NCBI GenBank assembly: GCA_047284725.1
Contig: JBJBEO010000001.1
Coordinates: 672,001-736,000 of the forward strand
Source of the DNA: Synechococcus sp.
GTDB taxonomy: Bacteria; Cyanobacteriota; Cyanobacteriia; PCC-6307; Cyanobiaceae
Direction: 5' to 3'
Length of the DNA stretch: 64,000 nt
Positions 61,318-64,000 of this stretch are shown piece by piece (the stretch's first letter is position 1; every line of letters starts with the position of its first letter). The notes beneath the pieces were generated by a model. That model ran no database searches and had not been told where the DNA came from. It worked only from the letters and a program-made list of their open reading frames with translations. Position numbers and translations under genes: made by a program.

Positions 61318-62453
61318 TGTTGCGTTCTTCGTTCTCTGCTGCTGCAAAAACATGCATGGCTGGTGGTTTGGCAGCCATAGGCTTTTTGCCATTGACTGTG
61401 CTCTCAGCCCCCTCAGCCCCCTCAGCCCCCTCAGCCCCCTCAGCCCCCTCAGCCCTGGCGACGGAATGCCCCAAGCCTGCGGTGGTGATTGAAAGTGATG
61501 CGGTCGTGCCGGTCACCAAGGCCAACTTTGCGGCTGCAGAAATGCAGACGGTGTTTGCCAAGTATGTCGCCAAAGTCGCGGCTGAAACCTGTACCGAGGG
61601 CATGGGCGTCATCTGGAATGATGGACAAACGGCGGACCCCAAAGACCGCACGGTGATTCGTATCAACTTCGACACTCTGTATTCCTGGTTGATTCTCGAT
61701 CTCACGACACCAGCGACATTCACACTTCCAGAAACCAATGGCCGCTATCAGAGTGCCATGGTGGTGAATGGTGAGGGGTATGTGTATGTGGAGAAGGAGC
61801 CTGGTGAGTACACCCTGACCCAAGATGAGGTTGGGAGCCGGACTGCTCTGGTGGCATTCCGTACCGGTGTCAATATTCAGGATCCAGATGATGTTGCCAA
61901 GGCACAGGCTCTGCAGGCCAAGTTGTCGGTGATGCAGGCAAAGACGGGTGAGTTTGTGCAAGCCAACCAATGGAACTTGGAGCAGACGCTGGCGCTCCGT
62001 GCTGATTACAACCAGGAGCGGAATGAGAAGGGTGTGAAGTCGGAATCACTCTTTGGTCGACCCGACAAAATTACCCCAGAGCAAAACAACATGGGCGTTG
62101 CTGTTGGGATTGGTGGCTTACCCAAGGAGGGTGCTGTGTATCTCTTCTATACACCCACCGCAACGGAACCTCAGACACTCACATTGAAAGATGTGCCCAA
62201 TGGTGATAATGCTTTCTGGTCGTTGACGGTCTACGACAAGGATGGCTTCCCCAGCGGAGATGCATTCAATCTCAACAGCGCTTTTGCCAAAAAGAATGCA
62301 AACGGTGAAGTGGTGATCAATTTGGGTGGCGAAGCCGGCCAGGAGAACCATCTCGATATTTACCCAGGCTGGAATGCCACGTTGAGGATTTATAACCCTA
62401 AGCCTGCCTACTTTGATGGCTCATGGGTGCGGCCTGAGCTTCAGTTGAACTAA
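61318..62453 (+). CDS. Secreted DUF1254/DUF1214 protein (copy 2, paralogue of copy 1)
   Basis: Signal peptide with SAP repeats; RINFDTLYS, FWSLTVYD and GWNATLRIYNP motifs. Confidence 0.85.
61403..61455 (+). repeat. 9-bp tandem repeat (CTCAGCCCC) x5.9 encoding SAP repeats
   Basis: Five perfect units plus 8 of 9 bases, read directly from the sequence. Confidence 0.95.
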
Positions 62454-62646
62454 ACGCAGGCTGCTTTTGAGTTCATCGGCTTCGTCGATGCTATGGAGCT
62501 TTGGTTCGCAGCGACACAACATCGTTGCGAGCTTTTGATGTGTGTTCATGCTTGATGTTGCTTCTGAGTTTTGCCCTTTTGGGATCATTGCGCATGGCCA
62601 TACTTTTGATGCATGTCTAGCTTTTAAATAACAGCGATTCTGGTGA

Positions 62647-64000
62647 ATGGTGACCACAGCATGGGTGAAGGGAGCGTCTAAGGGATTGTCTCTCTTGGCT
62701 CTTTCCGGGGTTTTGTTGGGGCTGCCATTACGGGCGCAAACGGCCGGGGGTGCTGTTCCCCGGGGGTACACCACGCCGATCCCGGAAGAGCTGTTAACGC
62801 CCGACCAGGTGAACACCAGTGTGGGAACGTTCCGTTTTTTCGATGGGATGCCGGATGCGGCCACGGTTGACACCAGCTTTGACAATCTCAAGTTCATCCG
62901 TGCTTATGAAACCTTCCTCACGTTGATGCCTGCTGCCAGCATTGAAATGCTGCGTGCTGGTCATGCCCGGATGGGGGCCGATGCCTACAACAAAGTGATG
63001 TTGCTGGCACCACTGAATTCCAATCCGTTGTTTCTCACCGGTAATACTGACACGGTGTATGGCTCGACCTTCTTCAATCTGAAGGAGACCGGTCCGATGG
63101 TGATCGAAATCCCGGCCGGGCTTGGTCCTGGAACCATCAACGATGCCTTTTTCAGGTTTGTGGCTGATACAGGTGCGCCTGGTCCAGACCGTGGCAAGGG
63201 CGGCAAATACCTGATTCTGGGCCCTGATGATGTGGAGCCGGTGAACACCGATGGCTACTTTATGTTCCGCTCTCCAAGTTACTCCAATTGGTTGATTCTG
63301 AGAGCCTTCCTTGATGATGAGGGCCAGCCTGACCAGGCTGTTGCGAATTACGAAGAAGGCCTCAAGCTCTACCCGCTTTCCTTAAAGGACAACCCTCCGC
63401 CAATGACGTTTATTCAGGGAGGGGAGGCAGTTTTTAATACGGTGCATGCCAATAACTTCCATTTTTTTGAAGAGTTAAATATCATGATTCAGAGGGAGCC
63501 GCTCAGCCTACTGGATCCCGAATTGCGAGGGCTTGCCTCGTCAATTGGTCTGGAAAAAGGAAAGCCTTTTGACCCAAGTGCCGAGGATCGCGCACTGCTG
63601 GAGGAGGCCGTGCAGGTGGGTGTTGCTTATGTGCGTTCCGACATGGGCAAACCTCGCAATTCTGATGTTTATTTCTATGAGGGCAAGCAATGGTTCACGC
63701 CGTTTGGTGGTGGCAGCCACGAATGGCTGATTGATGGCGGCAAAGGTGGTCGCAATCTCGACGCCCGCAACAATTTCTTCTGGGGTTACACCGTCAATAC
63801 GCCGGCCATGGTGCTGAAGATGGTCGGCGTTGGCTCCCAATATGGGGTGGTGGCCACGGATGCCAATGGTGCCTATCTCGATGGCAGCAAGACCTACAAA
63901 TTCACGGTTGATGCAGACGTCCCGGCCAAGGATTTCTGGTCGATGGTGGTCTATGACCCACAGACCCGTTCTGAGCTGCAGACGGATCAGCTGCTTCCCA
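62647..64000 (+). CDS. Secreted DUF1254/DUF1214 protein (copy 3, long type; runs off the right edge; absent from the ORF track)
   Basis: Manual translation MVTTAWVKGASKGLSLLALSGVLLGLPLRAQ...TPDQVNTSVGTFRFFDGMP...LTGNTDTVY...GPDRGKGGKYL...VPAKDFWSMVVYDPQTRS. Confidence 0.85.
   Translation, partial: MVTTAWVKGASKGLSLLALSGVLLGLPLRAQTAGGAVPRGYTTPIPEELLTPDQVNTSVGTFRFFDGMPDAATVDTSFDNLKFIRAYETFLTLMPAASIEMLRAGHARMGADAYNKVMLLAPLNSNPLFLTGNTDTVYGSTFFNLKETGPMVIEIPAGLGPGTINDAFFRFVADTGAPGPDRGKGGKYLILGPDDVEPVNTDGYFMFRSPSYSNWLILRAFLDDEGQPDQAVANYEEGLKLYPLSLKDNPPPMTFIQGGEAVFNTVHANNFHFFEELNIMIQREPLSLLDPELRGLASSIGLEKGKPFDPSAEDRALLEEAVQVGVAYVRSDMGKPRNSDVYFYEGKQWFTPFGGGSHEWLIDGGKGGRNLDARNNFFWGYTVNTPAMVLKMVGVGSQYGVVATDANGAYLDGSKTYKFTVDADVPAKDFWSMVVYDPQTRSELQTDQLLP

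Noticed and set aside
1..64000. HIP1 (GCGATCGC) enrichment
   Set aside because: Only a few scattered copies were noticed by eye, consistent with marine picocyanobacteria lacking HIP1 over-representation; not formally counted

Overview
This is a GC-rich chromosome segment from a marine picocyanobacterium. Gene content and order point to marine Synechococcus (inference). Most of the window is core genome: clpR, hemW, panB, SRP RNA, ftsZ/ftsQ/ddl/miaB, folC/argD/murA, three tRNAs, lpdA, trpC, sodB, lnt, mnmA, a group-2 sigma factor, pdhA, ftn2, ffh/rpsP/phoH, era, trmD/ispF, thiE/thiS, ribF, surE, pheS, NAD kinase and cbiET. Small accessory insertions are scattered through it. The most notable observations are: (1) a tail-to-tail pair of mutually complementary sRNAs at 14.8-15.0 kb, one Yfr2-like and one Yfr1/Yfr10-like with two CUCCUCACAC motifs; (2) dispersed c-di-GMP parts: an intact MASE1-CHASE-GGDEF cyclase, a stand-alone PilZ protein and a GGDEF C-terminal remnant; (3) an orphan phycoerythrin-type linker with a hydrophobic C-terminal tail, in an AT-rich insertion; (4) a 731-aa membrane/coiled-coil/J-domain protein; (5) a tandem array of secreted DUF1254/DUF1214 proteins running off the right edge; (6) several small ORFs under 60 aa missed by the ORF track, including a probable NdhQ. 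No CRISPR array, integrase or transposase was seen. All family assignments come from motif recognition by eye; no database searches were run.
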